The position numbers and the translations under genes were made by a program. From contig PDIP01000030.1 in assembly GCA_002811645.1 (NCBI GenBank), positions 32,514-96,513 of the forward strand: a stretch of 64,000 nucleotides of DNA, given 5' to 3'. The notes below the pieces were generated by a model. It saw nothing but the letters and a program-made list of their open reading frames with translations, did not search any database and was not told where the DNA came from. Origin of the DNA: Corallochytrium limacisporum Hawaii (Eukaryota > Protista > Pluriformea). Numbering within the stretch: position 1 is the first letter of the stretch; each line of letters begins with the position of its first letter. Below are positions 20,709-30,891 of the stretch, piece after piece.

Positions 20709-21932
20709 ATGTCAGATTTTGTCATTCCCGTGTCGGAAATGGCCAAGCGGACGGTCAATCCAATTCGTCAGATTGTGGACCAGATGGAGATCAAGCCGCA
20801 CCCAGACAAGCCAATGATCGCCTTGAGCATTGGTGACCCGACCGTCTTCGGCAACATGAAGGTGGATGCCAGCGTAAAGGAAGCCATCAAGAGCGCCGTT
20901 GACGAGCTCAAAAGCAATGGTTATCCTCCGTCCATTGGTTACGAGCACGCCCGTCAGGCTGTGGCAGAGAAGTACACCGAGCCAGAGTATGGAGTCAACA
21001 TAAGTAGCGGTGATGTGATCATTGCGTCTGCTTGCTCTGGTGCAATCGACCTGGCCATCGCCGCACTGCTGAACCCGGGACAGAACGTGCTGGTGCCCCG
21101 CCCCGGTTTCTCATTGTACCAGACCTTGGCCGAAAGCCAGGCCTCGGAAGTGAAGCACTACGATCTGATCCCAGAGAAGGGTTGGGAGATCGACCTAAAG
21201 CATTTAGAGTCTCTAATCGACGACAAGACCGCTGCCATTATCGTCACCAATCCCAGCAACCCGTGTGGCAGTGTATTCAGTAAGGAACATATTCGAGACG
21301 TCATTTCTGTCGCCTCCAAGCATAAGTTACCCATCATTGCCGACGAAATCTATGCCGACATGACCTTCAAGGACGTGCCGTACATCTCGTTTGCGAGCCA
21401 GTCCAAGGATGTTCCCATCTTGAGCTGTGGTGGCATTGCCAAGCGTTACCTTGTACCCGGATGGCGTCTTGGATGGGTCATCATCCATGATCGCAACAAC
21501 CGCCTCGGAGAGGTGCGCCAGGGTCTCGTCGCTTTGAGTCAACGCCTTCTGGGTGCCAACAGTATCGTTCAGGCGGCTCTTCCGAACATTCTGCACAAAA
21601 CCCCACAATCATTTTATGACGAAACAATGGGACAGCTGGAAGAGAACGTGAATGTGCTGATGGAGCGTTTGAGCAAGGTTGACGGACTGAAGCCCATCAA
21701 GCCGTCGGGCGCTATGTACTTGATGGTCGGCGTTGAAATGACCAAGTTTCCGGAGTTCAAGGATGATTTTGAGCTCGTACAACGCATGATCACAGAACAG
21801 AGCGTCTTTTGCCTGCCTGGACGGTGCTTTACGTACCCTGGGTACTTCCGCATTGTGGTGAGTCCGCCCAAGGACCGCTTGATAGAGGCCTGCGATCGCA
21901 TTGAGGAGTTCTGCAAGCAGCACCGCAAGTGA
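20709..21932 (+). CDS. TAT: Tyrosine aminotransferase (PLP-dependent), 407 aa
   Basis: NPIRQIVD, LSIGDPTVFGN, NPSNPCGSVFS, IIADEIY, GGIAKRYLVPGWRLGW (PLP lysine), PSGAMYLMV. Confidence 0.95.
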   Translation: MSDFVIPVSEMAKRTVNPIRQIVDQMEIKPHPDKPMIALSIGDPTVFGNMKVDASVKEAIKSAVDELKSNGYPPSIGYEHARQAVAEKYTEPEYGVNISSGDVIIASACSGAIDLAIAALLNPGQNVLVPRPGFSLYQTLAESQASEVKHYDLIPEKGWEIDLKHLESLIDDKTAAIIVTNPSNPCGSVFSKEHIRDVISVASKHKLPIIADEIYADMTFKDVPYISFASQSKDVPILSCGGIAKRYLVPGWRLGWVIIHDRNNRLGEVRQGLVALSQRLLGANSIVQAALPNILHKTPQSFYDETMGQLEENVNVLMERLSKVDGLKPIKPSGAMYLMVGVEMTKFPEFKDDFELVQRMITEQSVFCLPGRCFTYPGYFRIVVSPPKDRLIEACDRIEEFCKQHRK

Positions 21933-22105
21933 AAGTAACCCTCCCCTCTATTCCGCATTGTCCCCCCATAAACTAAATAGGCCCTGTAGAACACCAACCA
22001 GCCATTCCAACCTCCCTCCCAATTCGTTGCCTTCGCCCTTCAGTCATTGTTCAGGTTTTCCATTCTGTTGCTCTTCTTTCATCCCTGTGCGGCCCCCGCC
22101 ACCCC

Positions 22106-22119
22106 GGGGGGGGGGGGGG
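22106..22119 (+). promoter_or_regulatory. poly-G tract (CCCC-G14) ~270 nt upstream of SEH1
   Basis: cccccgccacccc followed by 14 G, close to the context at 985-1009. Confidence 0.45.
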
Positions 22120-22386
22120 TTGGGTACGGAGGTAAAGTGTGACACTGGGGGAGCACTGACTTTTCGAGACCTGCGCGGGCTTAGAACAAGCGTGAACAAC
22201 GCGAGTTCTGCCTGGTGTGTTTCCTTTGGTTTTCAATACAATGAATCAGGAATTCATTACTGAATCATAAACCTATTTGAAATTCCGGATCCATGGAAAT
22301 GCTCTCCACCTATTGCCTGCGCAATTTTATTGTTATAACAAGGGTACCGAATAAGTTAACCCGTGCAAATAAACCACACACAAAAT

Positions 22387-23397
22387 ATGCCGAGTGCAGA
22401 CGGTGTGCTCCAGACAGATCACATTTCGGAGATCCGGGATCTTGCCTATGATTTCTACGGAAGACGCCTAGCAACTGCGGGTAACGATGCCCGTGTCCAT
22501 ATTTGGGAACCTAAAATCGACTCTGCTGGCGAGTGGCGCAATGTTTCTACTATCGGCCAGGGCCACAACGGCCCCATTGGCAAGGTGGCTTGGGCGCATC
22601 CAGAATTCGGCCAAATCCTTGCCACAGGCAGTGATGATCGTAGTGCCGTCATCTGGGAGGAGGAGTTGCGTACCGACAGCAGTCGTCACCGTAGCTGGCG
22701 CTTGGCGGCGAAACTAGTCGACTCAAAGAAACAAATCCGGGACCTGGAATTCGCCCCCCGACACTTGGGTCTCCAGCTAGCAACTGCTTCTGCTGACGGT
22801 ACTGTACGGATCTATGAGGCCCAGGACATCATGAATCTGGAGCATTGGCCAATCATGCACGAAATCGAAGTAGCACCAAACAAGGAGTGCTGGTCCCTAA
22901 GCTGGTGCAAGTCCCGGGCCCATCAGACCATGCTCGCTACCGGAGATAGTTCAGGCCTGGTAAAGATTTGGACCCGCGACGAAGATACAGAGAAATGGCA
23001 CTGCAGTGCAACGAAGCACATGGATCGGGCAGAGATCAGCTGCGTGAGCTTTGCGCCGAATTTAGGCCGGTCATTCAATTACCTTGCGGTTGGTACAGCT
23101 GCGGGATCGGTGTACCTGTTGAAGGTTGAATCGAAGCTGATGAGCGAAATTGCGGAGGGATTTAGTGGTATTCCTAACCCCAACAGTGGTGAGGACAGCA
23201 GCGATATGAAATTGACTGAGATTGAAGCAAAACCGATGGGCGCAGAACGATGCAGCATCGATCGCCTGGCCTGGAATGCAACCGGTGCATTGCTCGCGGT
23301 GTGCAACTCGACCGGAGCGTTGATGATGCTCAAACTGCAAGCGAACGGACGGTGGACAGACACGAGCATTGCAAAGCTTGGAGAATTGGATGCATAG
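22387..23397 (+). CDS. SEH1: Nucleoporin / GATOR2 subunit SEH1 (WD40)
   Basis: AYDFYGRRLAT, VAWAHPEFGQILAT, FAPRHLGLQLATASADGTVRIYEAQDIMNL, FAPNLGRSFNYLAV. Confidence 0.95.
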   Translation: MPSADGVLQTDHISEIRDLAYDFYGRRLATAGNDARVHIWEPKIDSAGEWRNVSTIGQGHNGPIGKVAWAHPEFGQILATGSDDRSAVIWEEELRTDSSRHRSWRLAAKLVDSKKQIRDLEFAPRHLGLQLATASADGTVRIYEAQDIMNLEHWPIMHEIEVAPNKECWSLSWCKSRAHQTMLATGDSSGLVKIWTRDEDTEKWHCSATKHMDRAEISCVSFAPNLGRSFNYLAVGTAAGSVYLLKVESKLMSEIAEGFSGIPNPNSGEDSSDMKLTEIEAKPMGAERCSIDRLAWNATGALLAVCNSTGALMMLKLQANGRWTDTSIAKLGELDA

Positions 23398-23591
23398 ATT
23401 CAATGACCCAAAATAGGACCAGAGCATATTCCGAACAATCCTACATTCAACAATAAAGGTGTAAACTGTATTGTTCCTGATAGGGAATGCTATAGTGACC
23501 GATTAGATGCGAGAATGGCATGGTCAGTTGTCATCCAGTACAACTATTATGACCAGCATTAGGTGTCCTTTTTGTCTCCTTGAGCATGGGT

Positions 23592-25142
23592 TTAAGATGC
23601 TGGTGCCACAGCTTCTCCTACCTGAGTGGAGCTGGAGATACTCGCGAGAGTTGTACTGCTCACCACGCCCTTAGAGGCCAAGGCTGGTTCGCTTTTGGTG
23701 AGACCATCGCCGCGCAAGACCCTATTCATACTGGCCCATCCTGCAGAGTAGCAGCGATCAAATTGGCTCATAAGTGGCTCATTAGTGGGGTGAATCGGCT
23801 TGCGGTACTGCCAGAGCTGCTTGAAATGCAGCCACAGCGAAGCCACAGCGTTGGCAGCCTTAGGGTCGGTGTTATTCTGACCCGACGTAGAGAAGGTCGA
23901 TGATCCAGCGGTGAAAGATGCATTGGATGCTTCGGACATGGCCGAAGCAGAAGAAGCAATGGAGGTGCTGCTTGTGGCTACGCTGCTGGGTCCTTCGTCC
24001 ACGTCCTTACCGTCCTCATTCACACTGACCATGCTCGACTTCCCTCCAATCGTCAGGAACCCTTCGTTGAAGCGCAGCCAGCTCTGAATGCCCTTCGATG
24101 TGAAAGGGATACTCAATGATCCACTCAGAGCATAGGAGTTGGTATGTGAGACCGTACGAATGCGCCAGTCATTCAGACCAGGCAGGGACAGGGCACACAT
24201 CAGCGTGTTCAGGAGCTGTTTGCGAGTCAAGAAGAATGACGCATAGCTGCCATGAGCATAGGGGAAGAGCGACGTTACGGCCAGATGAAGGCGGTGGCTG
24301 CATACAGTCTCCGCTTCGGTGGGAAGGCACTGGTCGAGGATGTCGACTAATTCCTCTACCACCATGAGCTGCTGCCTGAGCTGGTACAAAGAGATGGCTT
24401 CACCGTCCGGGTCACGGCTAGGGTTGAATTCAGATCCGGGCTTCTTCTTCATAGACCCCTGTCCCTCGTAGTCGTGGATTTTGGCCGCTAGACGCTGGAA
24501 TCCAGTTCTTACTGCAGGCAAAACGCTCCCGGGCTGAATCTCGCTTACGGCCAAAGCGGCAGTGAAGGCACCGTAGCCCACACCAATCACTTCTGGAGAC
24601 ACCACACCTTCGCGATGGAGACGGGCCCAGGACCCCAACTGAAAGGCGATCTGTTCAATTGCGTCCTGAAGACTGAAAGTATGGGCGACTTCATTAGACC
24701 CAAAGACGACACCCCGCCGCTTGCGGTGTACATCCGGAGCAAGAAACTCAGAGCCATCTCCCTGTCTCAGCAGACGTGCAAGCACCCGGACGCCATGAAT
24801 TTGTAGAATTGCAAACAGTCCCATAGGGAGGGCAAAACTGCAGTAAAACAATGTCTTCATCAGTTCCCAGAATGCTGAAGCTGCGCTCTTGATCTGCAAC
24901 GTCAAAACACCTACAATTTCTTGGGGAAACTGGAAGATGGCCAGATAGAGATTGGCGAGAACGGCCATGAGTACTGTGCCACCAGTGTAAACCAAATCGA
25001 TTGCTCTGCCGCCGATTCCTTTCGGTGGCACCTGCACTGTGTTTTTGTAAGAGCAAGAGGGATCGCTTAGGCCGTCCCGGGCCAGCAGAGCGCCGTGATA
25101 GCGAAGGACGGTATGTCGTGCAGTGGTTGATACCCGTTCCAT
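23592..25142 (-). CDS. Patatin-like (PNPLA/ATGL-type) protein with N-terminal hydrophobic segments, predicted catalytically inactive, 516 aa
   Basis: ILDQCLPTEAETVCSHRLHLAVTSL...SFFLTRKQLLNTLMCALSLPGL resembles recalled ATGL [20 protein letters not shown]...HFNSKDELIQANVCSGFIP; the GxSxG position reads GVGYG and the DGG position reads SGS. Confidence 0.7.
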   Translation of the reverse strand: MERVSTTARHTVLRYHGALLARDGLSDPSCSYKNTVQVPPKGIGGRAIDLVYTGGTVLMAVLANLYLAIFQFPQEIVGVLTLQIKSAASAFWELMKTLFYCSFALPMGLFAILQIHGVRVLARLLRQGDGSEFLAPDVHRKRRGVVFGSNEVAHTFSLQDAIEQIAFQLGSWARLHREGVVSPEVIGVGYGAFTAALAVSEIQPGSVLPAVRTGFQRLAAKIHDYEGQGSMKKKPGSEFNPSRDPDGEAISLYQLRQQLMVVEELVDILDQCLPTEAETVCSHRLHLAVTSLFPYAHGSYASFFLTRKQLLNTLMCALSLPGLNDWRIRTVSHTNSYALSGSLSIPFTSKGIQSWLRFNEGFLTIGGKSSMVSVNEDGKDVDEGPSSVATSSTSIASSASAMSEASNASFTAGSSTFSTSGQNNTDPKAANAVASLWLHFKQLWQYRKPIHPTNEPLMSQFDRCYSAGWASMNRVLRGDGLTKSEPALASKGVVSSTTLASISSSTQVGEAVAPAS

Positions 25143-25611
25143 GATGATTTCCGTTCTCTGTGTTTTTATTGACGAACAGAGATTTTATTCTCCAATGTGT
25201 AGAAGTTGTTGTCGAACCTAGCACCGATTGCTGATCGGTTCCTGGGTTCAAAGATGCGAAAGATTCATTTTGATTTAGGTTTCTCCGGTATTGGACTGTT
25301 TGATCTCCAAGGACGCGACAACCCTAATTGAAGCCATTCTTGACCATAGAGCCCTTGGCCATTGTGTAGCCATTGAAAAGAGAGTTCACTATCGATACAT
25401 TCAGCTCTCGCCATCCACCTAGAATCGCGGGTTTCCTTTCTTTCTCCATGCTGCCGCTATACAACCTGTTCATCCAGTACTATCATTGGCTCACAAATGC
25501 TCAGCTATGGATATTGACAGCAGTGATGAGGCCCAAAGGTGGTATAATCTAGGGAATGTCTCATTTTTATCGCTTGCAATCTTCCTTGCAACGTCCGAAC
25601 ATCCTCTCTCT

Positions 25612-25625
25612 CCCCCCCCCCCCCC
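25612..25625 (-). promoter_or_regulatory. poly-C tract (CCC-G14 on the minus strand) ~470 nt upstream of the patatin-like gene
   Basis: 14 C followed by ggg; same motif as upstream of M20 and SEH1, in the orientation of the minus-strand gene. Confidence 0.4.
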
Positions 25626-26381
25626 GGGCCTTTGGCCTGCTTGGTTTCAGCCCTGCTCGCACGGACGAAGTTAAAAAACGTCAGGCGCTGTTTGCCTCTG
25701 ATCTACCCCCCTTCCGCTCTTTCAGTGGGCCCCTTTAATTTTTTGGCGCGCTTTTGGTGGAAGGCCCACAGTGAGGGGAAGGGCCGAGGTCTTTTTTGAC
25801 CTGAGCGTGGACTGGCCCGTCGAGTTGCACGGCAGGAGTCCAAACCCCTTCCCTCTCTCAGCCTAACCCCCCACCCACCCTTTCCTCAGCTCGATTGGGT
25901 TTCCGGTCCTCACCTCCTTGTTTCCCTATGGAAAGGAGGCCGCTCCGTGTGTGTGCTTTGCGCCTCCCCCACCTTCCCCGACTGTTCGTGTTGCCAGCCA
26001 GCCACGAGAGTGTCACGGTTTGGAATTGATTCACAATTGGGGGCCTAATTTATGGATGGTGGCTGTGTTTGGTACGGAACCCGTGGTTCTCTGCGTTTGG
26101 TTTCACCTGTGTTTTTTTCTGTCTGTGTTGAGAAAGATTGAGGGGCGCCGCCTCAATTTCTGTATCCGAATCCTGCAAACTGGGCCTCAGGTGGTACTTT
26201 GGGTAGTGCCTGGGACAGTTGACGGGAGCCACGCTCACGGTCTGAAACCCATGGGGCTGTGAAGTGGTGCGCATTGGTCGATCTACGGGAGAAAAACTAA
26301 CTGCAGACTTGCACAAAGCGACCCATTTGTTGAATGTATCGTGTTACCAACCTTGTCAATTCAACAGCAGAAGGGGAGGGC

Positions 26382-26396
26382 GGGGGGGGGGGGGGG
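26382..26396 (+). promoter_or_regulatory. poly-G tract (G15) ~235 nt upstream of UBE2V
   Basis: ggggagggc followed by 15 G. Confidence 0.4.
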
Positions 26397-26629
26397 CACT
26401 TTCTCAGTGGCTGGTGGGGCAGGGATGGAAAGGCCCCGGTAAGCACAACATCATACACGAATTCTGTTTCTACGTGACTGAGATGATGTTGGGCTTTGCT
26501 TAGTTTTCTTCCATTCTAGGGTGTAGCTATTTATACTGTCCAGGTGCTTATTGTGCCCTTGTAAGAACAAAGTGTGCATTCTCTGTGTGCAGATAGTCAT
26601 AGAATTTAAAGCAAATTTATCCACACATC

Positions 26630-27049
26630 ATGAGCGTGAAAATTCCGCGTAACTTTAGGCTTCTCGAAGAGCTCGAAAAAGGAGAAAAGGGTATTGGCGA
26701 TGGTAGCGTTAGCTATGGTCTGTCTGAAAGTGACGATAACAGCTTAACATACTGGAACGGCACGATCCTGGGACCGCCTCGTTCAGCACATGAGAACCGA
26801 ATCTACTCGTTGACTATTGAGTGCGGTCCGGAGTATCCTGAGAAGCCTCCTGTGGTTAAATTCCTGACCATGGTCAACTGTTCTATTGTAGATCAGTCGA
26901 ACGGTAAAATTTACACAGACAAGTTCAAGACTCTGGGACAGTGGAAGCGTGAATACAACATTGCCACGGTTTTGACGGATTTGCGGAAAGCAATGGCATC
27001 CAAAGAGAACTACAAACTGCCGCAGCCTCCGGAGGGAACCATGTTCTGA
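26630..27049 (+). CDS. UBE2V: Ubiquitin-conjugating enzyme E2 variant (Mms2/Uev1)
   Basis: [55 protein letters not shown]. Confidence 0.96.
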   Translation: MSVKIPRNFRLLEELEKGEKGIGDGSVSYGLSESDDNSLTYWNGTILGPPRSAHENRIYSLTIECGPEYPEKPPVVKFLTMVNCSIVDQSNGKIYTDKFKTLGQWKREYNIATVLTDLRKAMASKENYKLPQPPEGTMF

Positions 27050-27158
27050 AAAGTCTCTATAATCTGACAAGCTGATCACGCATGCACTAAGCACGCCTTC
27101 ATAGTTTCCATTGTACCTGTACATATATAGTAGATCATTCTTAAATACTGATGTGGGA

Positions 27159-27746
27159 TCAGCAATTGTTCATCGTCATCACACTCTCTTTATGTGTCCG
27201 TTTCATACACTGCCAATCCAGATAATTGAGCAGACGACTAATTTTGTTTTGCTCTTCCATCGTCCTGAAGTTCTGCCGTATTCGCTCCAAGGTCTTCGGC
27301 TGTCGGGCCCACCGATTCCAGGAGCTACATGAAATCGCTCTGCTGTGATTACTGTCGTCAGGTTGAGCGATACAGAGAGCGTTCCTCAGCTTGTCATGTA
27401 GTTTTTTCTCTTCATTCCTATCCACACCCATCAGAATAAGGTAGATAAGTTCTGCCCGTGAGTGCTCGTATGTTTTTGACCGCTTCACATCAAGCGTTCC
27501 TGTGTGAAGGCGATCGAAGAGGGCCACCATCATAAGACCCATATGGTACTCCCTGTTACTGATCATTTCGGATAAGATGTAAGCAGTCAGAAACCGTTTG
27601 TCAGTACCTTCCTGGATCGGATGATGGAAGAGAAAGAATGGCAACCAATTGCTCTTGTCCTCGGTGTCTATCCCTATGTTAATGGCTTGCGCCACAGACA
27701 CTTTCTTTTGCGTCGACTTTTTTGATGTCATCTTCAGGGCCACCAT
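27159..27746 (-). CDS. Hypothetical protein, ~195 aa
   Basis: Single ORF filling the UBE2V-HAUS6 interval with normal composition and an upstream C-rich/E2F-like region; no recognisable motif. Confidence 0.55.
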   Translation of the reverse strand: MVALKMTSKKSTQKKVSVAQAINIGIDTEDKSNWLPFFLFHHPIQEGTDKRFLTAYILSEMISNREYHMGLMMVALFDRLHTGTLDVKRSKTYEHSRAELIYLILMGVDRNEEKKLHDKLRNALCIAQPDDSNHSRAISCSSWNRWARQPKTLERIRQNFRTMEEQNKISRLLNYLDWQCMKRTHKESVMTMNNC

Positions 27747-28016
27747 CTCACGTGAGTTAAAATACACTGATCTCGTTCAACTTCACTCTCGCACGCTAGT
27801 CGTTACTTTGATTTGCGGAGAGAATAAGAGATCCTGAGTTCACAATCAGCTTCGAAGTACCCGCCGGATTTCACCCACTCCCCTTCCCTCCCCGCCCTCT
27901 GGGCGCCAAATCTAACCTAACCCCCAACAGGACGGCGGAGAGGGCAGAAACGCTCTGAAAGTTTGCTCAGAGAATTGAAAGTACATTGAAACAAATGAGT
28001 ATATTACTTTGGGCTC

Positions 28017-29606
28017 TCACAGCAAAGGGCCACTGTGATTTAGAGATACATTCGCCAGTGGTGAGCGCGGTCTGGTGGACGTCGGTGTGCTTGGGGAGAT
28101 AAGTTTCGAAGACATAGGGGATTCCCTGGTCAATGGGCTGGCCGTCTCCATCTGTATCCGGAGTCGTTGCGGTTTGATCTCGTCTGCGAGTCCTCCCATC
28201 AGGGGACTGGGCATCTTAATGGTAGATTTGGCTGTCACTGGCGACATCTTGGTCAGTAGCGCGTTCATAGGAGTTGCCGCTGCCTCGTTGAGCCGTTGGG
28301 GGTTCGCGTATACCACGGCAGGTGTTGGGGCAACAATCTTTTCATGGGCCCTCTTGATCTGTGGGGTCTCCATGTACCCTGCCGTATTCAAGCGGTTTGA
28401 CTGAGTGTCACTGTACAGCTCTTCGTTCAGTTGCTGCAGCTTCTTGATTAAAGTCTGATTCGTAAACATGAGATCGTGCAATTGCTCCGCATTCCTTTCG
28501 ATTGTAGACATAAGGTTCATCGGTACACTCAAGTGGTTCTGCTGGCTTTGACTCGCACCGTAGAGGCGTTTCTGAGTGGCCAGCCACATTTTCACGAAAG
28601 TGGCTAGGTTAACCTGACCGTTCTTCACCAAATCATCAAAGTCATCGTCCTCCCGCAGCTGCTGCATGATTTCAGGGCTTACCGTAGATGGGAGAACATC
28701 CTCCTGCTTGATCTCAGCGTAGCCTTGGCAATGCTTCAGAATATTGTCATTCACCATTAGAAGCTCACGCAGATTAGAAATCAGAGATGTCATGTAGTCC
28801 CATTTCTTCACTATCCGTGTAACCCTTTGGCTCTTTGCAGCGTTGGTCTGCTCCCGTTCTATGAATATCACCTCCGAGTCTTTTTGGCTCACATGCACGT
28901 TCCTTGACCTCTCCGTTTCTTCAATCTTTCGTAGCTGTCTCAGCAGCCCCACCGTCTTGGTAGTGAATTGAATCCACTCTGAACGTTCCCTATGCACCGT
29001 TTGTATGGCTTTGATGTAGTCTTTGAGCATCTTGGTCACAAAGGCTTGCTGTCCAACCAGGGTTGGTACATGCAGCACGTGACAAGTATTATTGTGGGGC
29101 GAAAAGGCTAGCGAGGTCAGCTCGGACCACACATCACTCACCATCAAGAAATCTTTTTTACTGTTCCGCAGAGCTGCAGCCTTTATGACGGCGTTCGACA
29201 AACTAAGCAAGAACTTTAGGAACCTCTCTCCACCTGGATTCAGCAACAAGGACGCTGACATGCGAGGCAGTTCATTTGCAGAATGGATTACTTCAATCAT
29301 CTTGAACGCTGAGTCCCTGAATTCCTTCTCCTGGCGTTTGTCCTGGCATGGGTAGCACAAGCCGAATAGAGACAAAGCTTGTGTCTCATCGTATATGCAC
29401 AAGAGAAAATGCAGTACCCTGTACGATGCTCTTTTCTGTGGCCTTGAGAAAAGCAAGAAGTCGTCAAGATCGACGGGGAAATCCTTTTGTGACCTCTGTA
29501 AATGTTGAATGGTTCTTTTGTCCTTTACAAGGAGACAGCATGGCCGATCGCTTTCGAAGCCCAAGAGCCTCAAATTCGAGCACAGCTGTCGACCCAAGAG
29601 CTCCAT
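28017..29606 (-). CDS. HAUS6: Augmin complex subunit HAUS6 (Dgt6); start may extend to 29747
   Basis: LCSNLRLLGFE, VLHFLL, CYPCQDKRQEKEFR, SASLLLNPGGERF match the HAUS6 N-terminal domain; followed by coiled coil and an S/T-P-rich tail. Confidence 0.85.
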   Translation of the reverse strand: MELLGRQLCSNLRLLGFESDRPCCLLVKDKRTIQHLQRSQKDFPVDLDDFLLFSRPQKRASYRVLHFLLCIYDETQALSLFGLCYPCQDKRQEKEFRDSAFKMIEVIHSANELPRMSASLLLNPGGERFLKFLLSLSNAVIKAAALRNSKKDFLMVSDVWSELTSLAFSPHNNTCHVLHVPTLVGQQAFVTKMLKDYIKAIQTVHRERSEWIQFTTKTVGLLRQLRKIEETERSRNVHVSQKDSEVIFIEREQTNAAKSQRVTRIVKKWDYMTSLISNLRELLMVNDNILKHCQGYAEIKQEDVLPSTVSPEIMQQLREDDDFDDLVKNGQVNLATFVKMWLATQKRLYGASQSQQNHLSVPMNLMSTIERNAEQLHDLMFTNQTLIKKLQQLNEELYSDTQSNRLNTAGYMETPQIKRAHEKIVAPTPAVVYANPQRLNEAAATPMNALLTKMSPVTAKSTIKMPSPLMGGLADEIKPQRLRIQMETASPLTRESPMSSKLISPSTPTSTRPRSPLANVSLNHSGPLL

Positions 29607-29791
29607 TCCAAGTTGTGAACTAGATTTTCTGTACGTTGTCGCCTTTCCATATATTCCCGTGGATCTTATGATAACATCCTTGTGATGGGCGTCCGAGCCG
29701 TTCGATTTCGTGTTCACCATAATCAGAGTGGCCATCTTGGTATACATTACCCTTCAGATCATTTATACCCCAACGCAGCTTTTTAAACAAA

Positions 29792-29802
29792 TTGCGCGCG
29801 AA
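29792..29802 (-). promoter_or_regulatory. E2F-like site TTCGCGCGCAA upstream of HAUS6, overlapping a CCAAT
   Basis: Identical 11-mer in the same orientation upstream of MSH2 (40114-40124). Confidence 0.5.
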
Positions 29803-30078
29803 TTGGCCCTCCCAAGCCCAGGCGGAAACTCCAGGATGGGTGACGGTGGGATAAATTTTGTCGTGCAGAGAGGGAGAAGGGGAATGACCTCTAGTGTGTA
29901 CCAAAGGAAACCACCAGTATTGTAACAACCCATCCAGCGTCTGTATTTGAACATCCGGGCGTCCTCCAGTTCTGCAGAGAAGTGCGCGTCAAAGAACGGA
30001 GTGTGCCGTGTCGGAGACACAGCAAAAGGTAACGTGGCACAGATTTATTGAGTTGTAGTGGTTTCTTTCTGTTTCTAT

Positions 30079-30891
30079 TTAGCTCTTATTCTCAGCGTCA
30101 TAGGTCTTCATGAAACCAGCGATCTTATGGGCCATCACCGTGGCGGTAGTGGTCTGGCCAAAGAAAGATGTGAAGTTTCCACTGGGATCAACCAAATAAC
30201 TGATGATACTGTGATCCACCAGATAGTCGTCGGGATCATTAGGATCCGGTTCCGGTGTGACGTAATATACACGATATGCCCTGGTGACAGCCTTGGTCTG
30301 CTCCTCATCGCCCCGCAGTCCGATGAAGTCCTTGTGAAAGTCCTCCAGGTAGCTCTTGATCACTGCCGGTGTATCCCGCTTGGGGTCGATGGAAATGAAT
30401 ACAGGCAGCAGTTCGTGACCGTGTGCACCGGGCAAGGTCTTAACAATCTCTACAGCTTTAGAAATCTTCTCTAGTTCATCAGGGCATACATCGGGGCAGT
30501 GCGTAAAACCAAAGTAGATTAGGGGCCATTTTCCGTGCAGGTCCTTGTCTGTAACCGTCTTGCCGTCGATGTCCTTCAGTTCGAACGAGCCACCGATCGC
30601 AGTGCGTCCCACTGTCTTCTTTTGTTGCACTTCATTCTGCTTTGCAAATTTCTTTTGCTTCTCTTGGTTGAAATAGTATGCCAGAGCACCGCCTACGACA
30701 ATCAGAACACCTACTGATGTCCAGTTGATCGGACCTGCCCTTGTGGCTTTCTCCTTCGTGGGACCGGTAGCAGGGTATGCACGACGCTGGTATCCATTTA
30801 GCAAGTTCTTGCTTTGCTGATGAACCCGGCCAGCGCGGTACAGAGGCTGTGCAGTCTGACGACTGAATCGCGGAAGAATCCTTCCCCACAT
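30079..30891 (-). CDS. SCO1: Cytochrome c oxidase copper chaperone SCO1/SCO2
   Basis: Presequence, one TM helix, IGGSFEL, YFGFTHCPDVCPDELEK (CxxxC), DYLVDHSII. Confidence 0.96.
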   Translation of the reverse strand: MWGRILPRFSRQTAQPLYRAGRVHQQSKNLLNGYQRRAYPATGPTKEKATRAGPINWTSVGVLIVVGGALAYYFNQEKQKKFAKQNEVQQKKTVGRTAIGGSFELKDIDGKTVTDKDLHGKWPLIYFGFTHCPDVCPDELEKISKAVEIVKTLPGAHGHELLPVFISIDPKRDTPAVIKSYLEDFHKDFIGLRGDEEQTKAVTRAYRVYYVTPEPDPNDPDDYLVDHSIISYLVDPSGNFTSFFGQTTTATVMAHKIAGFMKTYDAENKS

